A stretch of 64,000 nt of DNA from Macrostomum lignano. Lineage: Eukaryota. The stretch spans positions 124,001 to 188,000 of the forward strand of contig NIVC01000322.1 of NCBI GenBank assembly GCA_002269645.1, written 5' to 3'. Position numbers and translations under genes: made by a program. The notes beneath the pieces were generated by a model. It had not been told where the DNA came from. It was given only the letters and a program-made list of their open reading frames with translations, and made no database searches. Shown here piece after piece: positions 48,686-61,234 of the stretch; the first letter of the stretch is position 1, and the number at the start of each line of letters is the position of its first letter.

Positions 48686-49794
48686 TTTTGCTCGTAGCGT
48701 CGGTAAGGCTGCTGGGTTTTTTAATTTGTCAGAGTAATACAAATAAACCATGTAAATTGCTTTTAGCAGTAAAATTTCCAACAACTAGCCGATTATATTT
48801 GCTTTTTTCTGACCAATCATGTGCTAGCTTTCTTGGGAAATTTTTCATTGGTGGAAGTGAAAAAGAAAATGAGGTGAGTGTCACACCATGTTGACTGTGC
48901 CTTGGCCCTGGCAACCACGTGCACCGATGCCGCGCAGGGGGATCCGGTGGTGCCGGTGTCCGCAGCGGTGTGCCTCTCTGGAGAGTCCTGCAGGTGAATG
49001 GTCGCTCGCCCGGTAGCCCTAAGGTATCGAGGCCGAGCTGGCAGATATTTTCGGGTCTGAAAACGTCAAAGAACGTCCGGGTTTGTGCCCGAGGTAGGCG
49101 GGGCATTCACAGATGAAGTGCTGCACATTCTTGACACTGGAGATGCAGAATGGGCATCCTCACTGCAGATTTTCCCATGGAGGTAGCGTTTTTTAGCAAA
49201 GCACCCATGACCTGATAGGGCCATTGCTACCGGGCCTTGGTGTCCCTGCCGTTGAGTCCTAGCAGGGTCCTACGGAACGGGAGAGGGACAGGGGATTGCA
49301 ACAAAGACTCCCCCAGTGGGAGCCAGAGAAAGAAATATTTTAGCTCCAGAGTGCCCCAGACGAGACCTTACCAAACGAAAATTAAATTCTTTTCTGGGTT
49401 CTTTTGACCACTTTGACCTCCCCGATATGGGTCCCCCATTTCAGTTGAGCCTTGACATCTTAGCAATTCCCCCAGCCTTAACATCTCATGTTATATGTGC
49501 GCTATATGAACTATTGCGTATAAGACGCACGTTAAATTTCATCAATTCATTATGTGCTAGAATTGAGAGCTCTTAATGAGCCGCCACTAAAAGAAAGAGA
49601 AAGAACAAGCCACTGCTGCAGGATAAAAAAGAAAGTACGTTGGTAACTCGCTACAATTAAACAATCACATACTTCGACTTTAATGTCGTTAATCTAGAAG
49701 AGTCCATCGAAACGGAAATAATAGTCATAGAAGATGCAGAAGACATAACATCTCAAGAATTCCCTCAGAGATATTTGAAATCTCAGCAATTCGA

Positions 49795-50359
49795 TCCCCC
49801 AATAGCAAGCATCCCCCAGATAGCAAGCATCCCCAGATAGCAAGCACCCCCAGATAGCAAGCATACACCAGATAGCAAGTACCCACCAGACAGCAAGCAC
49901 CCCACCCCAGATAGCAAGCACCCCACCCCAGATAGCAAGCACCCCACCCCAGATAGCAAGCACCCCCTAGATAGTAAACACCCTCCAGATAGCAAGCACC
50001 CCACCCCAGATAGCAAGCACCCCACCCCAGATAGCAAGCACCCCACCCCAGATAGCAAGCACCCCCTAGATAGTAAACACCCTCCAGATAGCAAGCACCC
50101 CACCCCAGATAGCAAGCACCCCACCCCAGATAGCAAGCACCCCACCCCAGATAGCAAGCACCCCACCCCAGATAGCAAGCACCCCACCCCAGATAGCAAG
50201 CACCCCACCCCAGATAGCAAGCACCCCACCCCAGATAGCAAGCACCCCACCCCAGATAGCAAGCACCCCACCCCAGATAGCAAGCACCCCACCCCAGATA
50301 GCAAGCACCCCACCCCAGATAGCAAGCACCCCACCCCAGATAGCAAGCACCCCACCCCA
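49795..50359. repeat. CCCCACCCCAGATAGCAAGCA minisatellite, 21-bp unit; resumes at 52028-52142
   Basis: Direct tandem repetition. Confidence 0.95.
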
Positions 50360-52027
50360 CCCGGCGGTAAAAATCACGTCGAAATGACGTCGATATTCGC
50401 CTTTTAAAGACTATCGCCGAATTAGTTGTCGGTTGAACCTTCATTCGACGTCGAAATTTCGATATGAATTATTTTATCTTCTCATTTGCCAAATATATCA
50501 TTTATGATATTTTACAATGTTTTCTTCAACGTGATTGCGAGTTTACAAAATTGACCTAAAAATTCAGTACAACAGAGGTTATATTTTTTGTTTTAACTCA
50601 GCGCTAGATACGCGCATTTTTTAAAATATCGCCATGCGATGTCGATTTATTATTTTTGATGCCTAACTTATATACATAAATGTTTAACTTATACTTCTGT
50701 ATTACGCATGGCAGCTTCTTCCTTTCAATGCATTTTTTATATTTGTCGCTGTATTAATGTGTGATTGTGTGTCATAAATTGTGTGTATAATTTGGTTTAA
50801 CATAATATTGCTGCCTAGAGTTTTAATCGTTTATATATGTATAAGCGAATCAATAAAGTAGCCATAAATTTTTTATTGTTTGTTTTGCTGTCATTGCTGT
50901 TAATTATCTTTCCAGTCAAGAGGAACAACAAAGATAATTGTTCATTTTCCTCTTTTATTTGCTTTGCTGTTATTGTTACTTCTCATTTTTTATTTCACAT
51001 TTTACATTTTTGAGTGTAGTTCTAGTTAGACTCAATATCATCTTTTGTCCATTATGTCATGCTTTTGCTAGTTCTTTATCAAGTCAAAATTGCAGAAAGT
51101 AAAGAAGTTGTAGTTTGTGTTTGTAGCATATGCTCATAGTTACAGTAAAAACTAAATTGCAATGGCCAAATAATTGCTGAGCTCTAAGCAAAAGAAGAAA
51201 TAATTAAAATAAAGACTGATAGAATAAATATATTTTGTATGTAGTTTTTATAATTGCTTATAAACCCTACCGTTCTTTAGTATGATGCTATTAGATGTAT
51301 GTAGTTTAGTATATCAGAGCAGACCATTTTTAGTATATATATTTTGAGATTAGAGATTTAGTATAGGTGCATTTATTATATTTAGATGTTGCTATTGATT
51401 AAGTGTAACTACTGTATTAAATGTATACTCTGTTGCCATTGCGTGTATCCGTGTATCATTGCTCACAGTTTTTCATCGTTTTTTTCTCATCGTTGCTTTC
51501 TGTTCGCAATTGCTGGATGCCGATTTCCATGATCGTTTCCAATTGCTGCTGAATTGGAATTGAATACACGGTACTATACTTTTTTCATGGTTGCAAGATT
51601 ATTGCAATTTGCGCGGATAGCAAATGAAACGTCAGCCCTAATTAGCATTTTTATGCCTTAACACTTCTTTTACTGCTTAGAGTATTTCAGCGTATGAGTT
51701 ATAAAACTTATGTTCCGTCAGCTGTAAGTTACGTACATGTAGTTTATGGCTAATTGTATGAAACATTGCTCTAGCATATTAATAATATTAAGTACTAGTA
51801 TTAATAGCCATCATATTAAAATCGAAAATTTGTCGAAAATCGCCATTTACTTTCTGTGATCGACGAGTATAAACGACGTCGATTTTTCGCCATCAATAGT
51901 GGAAAACACGACGTCGCATACTCGACATCTGATGGCGAAAATTTCGACGTCGAAATCGTGGTTCAAATCGACATGAAATTTCGACGTCGCTTTTCGACGT
52001 CATTTCGACGTGATTTTTACCGCCGGG
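50360..52027. mobile_element. Nonautonomous TIR DNA transposon, CMC/EnSpm-like, 2-bp TSD
   Basis: Perfect terminal inverted repeats cccggcggtaaaaatcacgtcgaaatgacgtcga / tcgacgtcatttcgacgtgatttttaccgccggg, with CA on both sides. Subterminal TCGACGTCGA-like repeats and an AT-rich interior. Absent from the paralogous site at ~31500. Confidence 0.85.
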
Positions 52028-52342
52028 CAGATAGCAAGCACCCCACCCCAGATAGCAAGCACCCCACCCCAGATAGCAAGCACCCCACCCCAGATAGCAA
52101 GCACCCCCTAGATAGTAAACACCCTCCAGATAGCAAGCACCCTAGCACCTAAGCGTTGCTTGTGCAATAATCCTTTTCTTAGCTAATGATAAAGAATTTA
52201 ACTTATTTTATTTTATGACATTTTATGCTTTACTATTTTAATATTCGTAAAAATACGTTATAACAATAAGATATTTTGCTCCTGATTTTCCTAAAAGTCA
52301 TTTTTTGCCTATCTATAATCCTACTTAGCGATCGGAATAATC

Positions 52343-53925
52343 GGGAGTACGAGATCTGCAGGAAATCTGCTAGCCGAAGTTTGCTAGCGAGAAATTTGCT
52401 TGCCGAAATCTGCTAGCCGAAGTTTGCTAGCCGAAATCTGCTAGCCGAAGTTTGCTAGCCGAAATCTGCTAGCCGAAATCTGCTAGACGAAATCTGCTAG
52501 CCGAAGTTTGCTAGCGAGAAGTTTGCTAGCCGAAATCTGCTAGCCGAAATCTGCTTGCCGAAATATGCTAGCTGAAATATGCTAGCCGAAATATGCTAGC
52601 CGAAATATGCTAGCCGAAATATGCTAGCCGAAATATGCTAGCCGAAATATGCTAGCCGAAATGTGCTAGCCGAAATCTGCTAGCCGAAATATGCTAGCCG
52701 AAATCTGCTAGCCGAAATGTGCTAGCCGAAATATGCTAGCCGAAGTTTGCTAGCCGAAATCTGCTAGCCGAAATCTGCTAGCCGAAGTTTGCTAGCCGAA
52801 ATCTGCTAGCAGGAAATTTGCTAGCTGCCTTGCTCTCGTAGCTGTTGCATGTTATTTGCTGTGTTTTGATTCCGATTTGAGCTGCTTTGATTCGTACGAG
52901 TAAATATATAACTTATATACCATATACTGCCACTACCAGCCATTAAGACTGAAAGTTGTGTGTATAGATAAGTTTAAATTTAACTACCTGAACTACAGCT
53001 GCCTGTGCTACCTGAACTACGGCCTTACAGCTGATGATGCTAAAACATTATCAAATGTCTACGAGTAAAATAGGACAAAAAATATAAATGATTTTGATGA
53101 TTTCCAAGTGCAGTTTTAGCATGTACAGTACTTTAGCATACAGTAACACACATGTTGGTGTACAGTATCTATTGCTAGATACATGTATGTCCAAGGTACA
53201 ATTTACTATAGCTATATGTATTGTTAATGTATAGATATTTTCCATCGCTTACGGCACTGTGTACAAGCAAAAACTCTATGCAGGTGTGGCCCACAAGCTC
53301 TTACCCTGTGATCATGGATGTAATATATTTTCTTTATTCAATAGCTTGTATATGAACTTTTCAATCCACCTACGTTAAAACCTAAATCTTATTTTCTTTT
53401 TGTCTATGACGTCATCTACTGATTGCGTTTTAACACGTACATGTACGAGAACCCACGGCGAAGGCTAGGCGGCAGATTAAGTCGTCCAGATTGGACAATA
53501 AAAAATGTCTCTAGCAAATTACAACTTCGTAAATTGCTGTTCGCCGGTTTTGGTTAGATTATCGCTAGCAGATTTCGGCTAGCAAAATCCTCGCTTGCAA
53601 AATTCCTGCTAGCAAACTTCGGCTAGCAGATTTCGGCTAGCAGATTTCGGCTAGCGGATTTCGGCTAGCAGATTTCGGCTAGCAAACTTCGGCTAGCAGA
53701 TTTCGGCTAGCACATTTCGGCTAGCACATTTCGGCTAGCACATTTCAGCTAGCAAACTTCGGCTAGCAGATTTCGGCTAGCACATTTCGGCTAGCAAACT
53801 TCGGCTAGCAGATTTCGGCAAGCAAATTTCTCGCTAGCAAACTTCGGCTAGCAGATTTCGGCAAGCAAATTTCTCGCTAGCAAACTTCGGCTAGCAGATT
53901 TCCTGCTAGCAAATTTCATAGACCC
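52343..53925. mobile_element. Foldback-type element, duplicate of 31763-33639 with different arm copy number
   Basis: TSD GAATAATC at 52335-52342 and 53926-53933; same termini and central region. Confidence 0.85.
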
Positions 53926-54299
53926 GAATAATCTCCACCAGTAAATTTTTATATTAGCATACTCAGGACAATGAATGTTGGTATATTTATTATGTACTAC
54001 TCAAGAAAGTTTACCACTTGGCTAAGCTCAGAATGTCAAGTTGCGGGGCCAGGCGTGCGTTCAGACGGGACTGAGGACCTCAACAGTGACGTCTCAATGG
54101 CCTTCGACATGACAGCATCATGATATCGATATGGCCTGCAGCTACATCTGTGACGTACGCGGTTGCGGCACCCAAGATCCGAAAAGGAGGACTGAAGCAT
54201 GAGGGGCGAACAAAACTTATCTCGTATGCCATAACGAAACGAGACGAGACGGATCGTCCCTTGAACATGTTTGGACGTCCAACAGCCGCAAAGAATCAA

Positions 54300-54820
54300 C
54301 AAGAGAGCCGTGGTGATGAAACGGCTCATCGATTTTCTATCAATCTCTTGGAGGTCAGTACCGAGGATGGGCTGTCACCAATTGCTGCATTCGGTACAAT
54401 CGCATCTTCGATGCAGGAGCTCAAGGCTACTAAGTTTACCTGAACCTGTCGCACAGATTTTCTGACATTGACTGGCTGTCAGAGAGAGCCATTTTGAGTC
54501 CCAGGAATGACGCAGCTAATAGTATCAACTCCCAGCTGCTCAATGAGCTGCCTGGCAATATCATCAGCTACTAGTCAATTGACACAACAATGACTGGTGA
54601 CAATGCTGTAGAGTTTCCTATGTATTGAGCTCTTAAGCTCTCTAGAGCCTCCTGGAACGCCATCGCACAACCTCCAGTTAAAAGTGGGTGCTACTGCGCA
54701 ATTTAAATGCCCCAAAGCTGTGTAACGGCACCAGGCTAATCGTCAAGCAACTCTTTCCGAATTTGATTGAGGCAAAAATTGGGACTGGATCCGGCAAAAG
54801 GCAATCTGTGTTTATTCCTT
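54300..54820 (+). pseudogene. Helitron helicase C-terminal fragment, duplicate of 34090-34825 (shorter)
   Basis: Near-identical nucleotide sequence through ..ggcaatctgtgtttattcc. Confidence 0.85.
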
Positions 54821-54939
54821 GTTTATTTACAAGGAATTAGATTTATCCTCAAGAACTGCCTAGACTTATAGACTTAGAGACTTAGATACGCATTAAACCC
54901 GGCCGGTCGATCGATCGATCCACTCAGCTTTAGATATAA

Positions 54940-55680
54940 GATTGTAGACTTATAATGAGACAAAGCCAAGGGCAGTAAATGAGGCAAGGCTGGAGAAAAC
55001 TGAAGCAGGTATAAATATTGAGGCAGCCAAGACAATGGAATTCAGCAAACAAGCAGGGCCCACAGTAGAATGCAGCATCGCCGGAAAAAAACGCTACAGC
55101 AGCCACCATCCATTTCAAAGTAAAGAAGCTCAAAGGCGATGCAGCTGACAGGCGGAGAGTGGAGAATATTGAATGAGCCCGGTACGGACGCCGCTTCTAT
55201 GGAGGCGTCCAAGACCGACGGCCAACCCCGAGGAGCGTAGCAACCGAGGGATGGACGCGCGGACCGGGCCGCACAAGAGGACAGTGAAGAACTCAGGACT
55301 GACTTCCCCCAAATACTCTGACTCAACCATAGTTAGAAACGGATGAGTCTAACCGCCCCACCCTCGCTGTAAGGCTGTTGAATGCTAATTGCAAGCGCTG
55401 TTTGTGAAAAACTTTCCGTTGTTAACCACGCGACATCCCACCCCATCGACGGCAGCTGGGGATGAACTTGTGGGTATTTTTAAAATAGATGGAAGTTCAG
55501 CCCCGAGAGGCACTTTTTCTTCCTTGCTTTTGGAGAACTTAATTCACAAAATAAATGCCTATCTGTTATTTGAGTTATCAAAAAAGATGAGACAACGAAA
55601 AATATAATAGTCTACCGCCATCTCGGTTGTAAGGTCTCAAGAACACAGCAGAATCCGTTAGAACTAGAAGAGAGTCTTAC
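54940..55680 (-). mobile_element. Diverged copy of the LINE-like repeat (cf. 27560-28320)
   Basis: Shares gtagcaaccgagggatggacgcgcgga, gatgagtctaaccgcc and ccgccatctcggttgtaag blocks. Confidence 0.4.
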
Positions 55681-58229
55681 ATCAGCAACCCCCTATGAGT
55701 CCAATTCAGTAATTTCCCCATGAGTCTTCACATCTCAGCTATCCCCCTGTAAGCCTTGAAATCTCCGAAATTATCCACAAGGCTCACCGGATTATAGCAA
55801 TCCCCCCCGAGACTTGACATCAAAGCAATTTACCCTATGAGTCGCATGACTTCTTAGCAATTCCCCAATGACTTTTTATGTTCGACAGGGTTAAGTTAGT
55901 TCTAAGTTGCTATGCAGTCTTATGCTCTGCTTCCAAACTGTGTTTTCCAAATTGTTGACACAATTAAACTCTGAGTCACAATTCAGCGCGTCAACTGATG
56001 TTAAATAAAAAGGCTGTTGTGAAATCTTAATCAGGAAAAGAATTCAGTCAGTCAGGCTTTTTGTTTTGCATTCATTATGATGTAACCGCCCTTGATGACC
56101 GTCCGCTCCGCGGGGAGGAGAGCGTAAGACCATAGGGGGCAATTATGACCGTAGGCTGCCTATGACCGGGCAATGACCTGACGGACCTCCAGCACCAGAC
56201 TGTCCCACTTTGGTAGCGTTGTTGTGACCATGCAGAGGGCCAAGGACCCACATGGACCCCACCTGTAGCCAAGGTGCAATAATTGGTCACTCGGTCACAG
56301 TGTGACCGAATGGCTGCCACCACTCTATGTGACTGGCGCACCTGGATCTTACAACCAGACATTTCGAGGCTAGAGCCCCGTCTGGATTGGTTACCAGGGG
56401 ATTTAGGCTAACAGGTGGGACGCATGCAGCCGAGTTACAGGGACTCTGCTTGGGGCATATTTGGGAACTCTGGGATCAATCTGGAGCATTTCTCAGCAGG
56501 GGATCCTTTGTGGCTGTGAATGAGGCGGACTTGCGGCTTCAATTACTAAGAGTAGTGTGAGGTGAACATGTACTAGCTATAGTTTAGATTGCTCAGGGCG
56601 AAGGGACGCGTAAGTAGGGTGTTGCAACCTTTCTACTGCCATTCTGTTCCATGACTCGCTAATTACCTCTACTGCACGCACACGCGGACCCGCAGCACGC
56701 ACTCACAGGCGGGCTTTGCACGGGGGAGGGCTATTAGCTTACCCAAATTTCCTTATGCTTTGCCACCCAAGGAGAAAGGCTCAGCAAGCCATGAGTGAAA
56801 TGATAGTGAAGGTGTGAAAAATGAGGTGTTTAGTAATCGGTAACAATTAGACCCTTAGGCGAAATAATCAGGCAATTAGGCGGCTTAACTATTGAGTAAA
56901 ATACAGCAAAGTACGGTACACAAATGGCTCAGTTCTTTAGTCAAGCAATGGAAAATAAGCAAACCCCCGATAAGCCAAGGCAATCAGAGTACAAATTAGT
57001 ACAGGAACTCACCGGCAGCCTCACAGAGAGAGAGCGTTGGAGTGACCTGGCGCGGCTGTAGACTGCGGACAGTGTAGCGGCGATGCGCTGAAGCGACGAG
57101 GCGCTGATGTGGCACAGGCGATGCTGAGGATTCTGGGCGGTGTCAGACCGCGGGCCGACAGGCGAGCTCGCTTGGGGAGCTAAAGGAACTTGGCGGTATC
57201 AGACCGCAGGCCGGCAGAGGTTCGTCCTATAGACGAACGGGGGGTCAGACCGGCGTCTGACGGCAAGTCTGAGGATAGGACGAGAAGGAATCCGGTAGGC
57301 TTGAAAACCTAACCTTACCTTCCGGGAGGGTTTTACCAAAAAAAAGAAAGCAAGAAAGACTTGTGGCTCTCACGCCGGAAATCGCTTCCTCAAATAGTCC
57401 TCACGGTCGCCGCTCCGAGGTCGTTTCCATGACTCCCTCTCTCTGATTGGCTGCCGGGAAAATGACGTCAGAATGAGTCATGATGAGAAGCATGAGATCG
57501 GCATAGCAACATGAGAAATGGGACAATTGCGCAATCCAGAGGAGGGGTGGGGGGAAATGAGCACGGCGGGGGCTCGAAGAAGTGTTGCGCAAGCAAGCAT
57601 TGAGAACAATGGGATCCAGATCAAGAACAAAGGAAATGGAAATCGGGGATAATTGGGAAGAACCGAGAACAATAGAAAAGTAAACATTGGAGAAAAGGTG
57701 CTAATTGGGTGCGAACAGGAGAACAAAAGAACTAGAAAATCTGGGAAAATGTGATAGTTAAGCAATATAAAGGTTATTGATAACAAAAGAATCAAAAACG
57801 AGAACAATAGAAGTGGAGGAGGGGTGGGTGTCACATGAGAAATCTTGAGAAGAGAACAATGGCCTGAGAAAAAGGTTGCGCAAGAGGGGGGATGAGTCAT
57901 CGGGATGAGGGAGGGGTCAGAAGCCTTGCATCACCGTTTGGGATTCTAATAGGATATGGGGCGATGGTGAGCACAGGCAATACTGTAAGCACGGGGTGAG
58001 AAGGGGACAGCGCAAGAAAAACATAAGAAGTACATAATACTTGGGGTGGGGCGCATCAAAAATGGGGAAGGCAGAGCCGGCAGGGGATGCAACAGAGCGG
58101 GAGTCAGTTGGCCTGGTCAGGGACCCGGCCCAGTCTCTACAGCTCTGCCCGGTGGGTCTAAGGAGATCTGGGAGATTCCGAAAAAATTCCCCCACCAGAT
58201 CCTGCGACCAGAGCGTGGATACATCAATT

Positions 58230-58430
58230 AGTCAAAACTTCGGCTTGACCTTTGCAATAAAGATGTTTTTAAAATATTTAATCCCCTTAGCATTGAAGAA
58301 TTTCTAAGCCTCGACACTCGTCACTGAAAACTTTCTAATCGAACGGTACATTTATTATGAAAATCGGTTGAGCATTTCATTCTGAAATCAATCATATACC
58401 TATCGACAGACAATCCGTTTTTAGTATAGG
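58230..58430 (+). mobile_element. Helentron/DINE-1-like 3' tail
   Basis: gaaaatcggttgagc..cgacagacaatccgtttttagtatagg matches the tails at ~16540-16600 and ~19590-19660. Confidence 0.5.
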
Positions 58431-59203
58431 GAACAAATTTTAGTATATTTTTACAAGTTTTGTAGAGGACATTCAATCGTATGCAGTAAAGTGTTGTGCG
58501 AATTCTTTTTAACAAATTTATCTAGGAAAATTAGATGCACTCATACATTGATTTGAGCAATCTTTGACCCGCGAAGCCACTTGGCGGTGATGCGAACCGG
58601 CCTTAGCACGGATCGCTTCTCAGAAATGATCCATTGAGTAAATTATGTTGCTTTGCGTTGTAGAAAAACTCCAAACTACGAAAGAATGATGACAAGTAAC
58701 TTTCGATGAAAACTGTTTATGCTTCAGAGTATAACTGATGCCAACTATATTTAAGTAGCTCAAACAGATTTTAAATAAAAAACAAACTGCAGTTTTGTTT
58801 ATTGCAGAGAAGGTTTGCTTAAAAATCGAAGTAAAAGCTTGGCTAATGAACAAGCTGCAAATTCCAAAAAACTTGATTTGATAAAACCAACAGACAGAGA
58901 TCGACAGGACACACTACAATAGAGCTCTTTTAAACATCTCTCTTCCAGCATTTATTGATTATTATTCGGCCCTTCTATTGGAATTTTTCTGAATACATTG
59001 CGTCAGTTTTTATTGAGAAATTTATAAAAAATCTGTGTACTGTAAGCTGGGATGTTTGAATTATTACATGTAGTTATATAATAAATTTTGGACACTTACA
59101 CACGGTTATTGACGGTCACTTTGATAGCCTCAGTAAAATATTTTTGTGATTAAATCTGTCCATCCGGTTCCTCTTGTCTGGCGGTGCCTGCAGTTTCCCA
59201 TAA

Positions 59204-59497
59204 TCAGTTAAAAGGCGACAGGCACTCGCACAGAACATTGGAAACAGCACCGTTCGTGTCGCTGATTTCATTAATACCCAATAGACCCTCGAATCTTCCA
59301 ATTAAATTATCTTTGTCATCGTACGCTCGTAATTATTCGGCTGGCCAGTGGCCCAAAAAGCGGCATCAACGCTGATGTTGCAGCCGACCCAGTACCAGCC
59401 GCCCAGAGGCTCCGCACTGCCTGTTGGCTGGCGGCCTCCGAGCCAGATCGATTGTCCAGAGCTGTAGTTTGAGTAGATGGAGTCCACGTGGCTCATC
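59204..59497 (-). pseudogene. PAN-lectin copy 9, 3' fragment with frameshift
   Basis: MSHVDSIYSNYSSGQSIWLGGRQP..QPNNY, then a shifted frame DDKDNLIGRFEGLLGINEISDTNGAVSNVLCECLSPFN*. Lectin 3' flank lies at ~58430-59200. Confidence 0.88.
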
Positions 59498-60250
59498 TAA
59501 GAATTTCTTAGGCCTCAATAATGTCAAAAATGTCAAACCTCGTGTCCGGGTTTGGGCACGAGACGTGACTACTTAGAGGCAGAATGGGGTTGTTTTTAGG
59601 CAGATTTAACGCAAAAACCAAAATTATACTACTATTGTAAAAAGAAGTACATGTAAGTAGTATATGGAAACGATATCCTAAGCGTACTGAATTTCAGTAT
59701 CTTCTTCACATGACCACCCAAATTGCGCGGAAATTTCGGTTCGTGCAATTTTCTTGCGTAAATTTCATGTAATTGCAATTATCTTGAGGCAAAGCGTAAG
59801 AATTGCAATTTTCTTGCAAGGAAAATTGCAATTCTCGCAATAGCTAATGTTCTTCTTACACTACTTATTTAGTAGAAATAACAGCATTTCAGCTAGCAGC
59901 TATTCCTACTCAGTAGAAATTGCTATTATTCCAGAGAAAAAAGGTTTTTGGAATACTTTTTGTCCGCAGGCACGTTCAGGTGATATGAGTTTCAATTTTC
60001 AGGTAATTTAAGGTACAAACATCTAAATCATATACCATGAATTGCTGGAAGAACATATAATAAAAGCGAAATCTGATAAGTTTTCTAAAAGTTTTTTTTG
60101 TAAAAACAAAATTTGTAAAAGCTACAATATAGTTTATACGTTTTGCGCTTAAAATTATGACATGTATCTTTTGTTTTATGGTTTAAGCGAGTGAATTATT
60201 TTTTAAAAAAATTGCTTTTTTTCGTTTTCGATTTATGAAAAGTTCCGCTC

Positions 60251-60640
60251 ATGTCAGCAGGTCATGAGCGGAACGATCCTGAAATCCTCTATGAAAAGCA
60301 ACAGATTGAAGAAGTCAATGAATTTAAATACCTGGGTATCATCTTTGAACCCAATAACAAATTTAAAAGATGCATTGCCTATGAGATCAAACAAAGTAAT
60401 TCTGCAATGTTTTCACTGCTGCACAAAGTCAAAGACACCACGCTGGACATCATGCTCATCGGTAGACTATTCAACTCTCTGGTCCACCAGTTAATAACGT
60501 ACGGTTGTGAAATCTGGGGACCTCTAGCAATTAACCTGTACTGATCTCAAGAGTCAAGACCATCGACAAAATCAAACAAATTTCTACAAATACCTTCCAA
60601 ACCTACCTCAAACCACTTGCAACTCTGTTATAGCTACCTG
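60251..60640 (+). pseudogene. Non-LTR retrotransposon reverse transcriptase C-terminal fragment
   Basis: IEEVNEFKYLGIIF..LFNSLV..ITYGCEIWG, typical of the LINE RT thumb region. Confidence 0.85.
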
Positions 60641-61234
60641 CTAGCTTTCATGTTATCCCCTTGTGCTACATCTCCTTTTTACATGTCCCTGCCTATTTTT
60701 ATGTACAAATACCGATGCAATTGCTACTGCATTACGCGTCTATTCGTATACCGTAAATACTTTAATTTCTAACAATTAAAGCCTACCTAACTCTTTGTTT
60801 TAAACGCAATATTTTTGGTTATTTCCTTTTTAAAAAATATCTTTCATTCTTAGAAGCCTAATAAAGTAATATTGCCAACAGTCTTTACATTCGATGTTTG
60901 ATATTGACTGATTAATACCTATATACCTATCTTAACCACCTAATAGATGAATTGCTCTCCACCAAGTTCATGCTGTACTTGTTTTATAATTCTTTACCAA
61001 AATCTCTTTCGTTTCATTAGCCGTTAAAGTCCGTTCGAAGATTCGTAGAAAATTTTTAGCCACTCTTTCAAGAACTATATATATATTTTTTCAAAACTCG
61101 TACTTTTACTAAATTTACCCTTTACTGGCTTCTAGTTGAATTACTATTAAATACTATTAAATACTGCTTTAAATAAAAATAATGCTTAACTAGTAGATTA
61201 GCAATGGTTCACCAGCAGTTTTGCAAGATTAGTA

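Larger units (their letters stand above)
40855..55010. repeat. Segmental duplication copy B
   Basis: Collinear with 23270-34990, plus a solo LTR and a CMC-like insertion, and lacking the SINE. Confidence 0.92.

Noticed and set aside
41036-50444. ORFs with MLAIWG, DSKHSP or GACYLG repeats
   Set aside because: Frames kept open by 18- and 21-bp minisatellite units; no coding signature.
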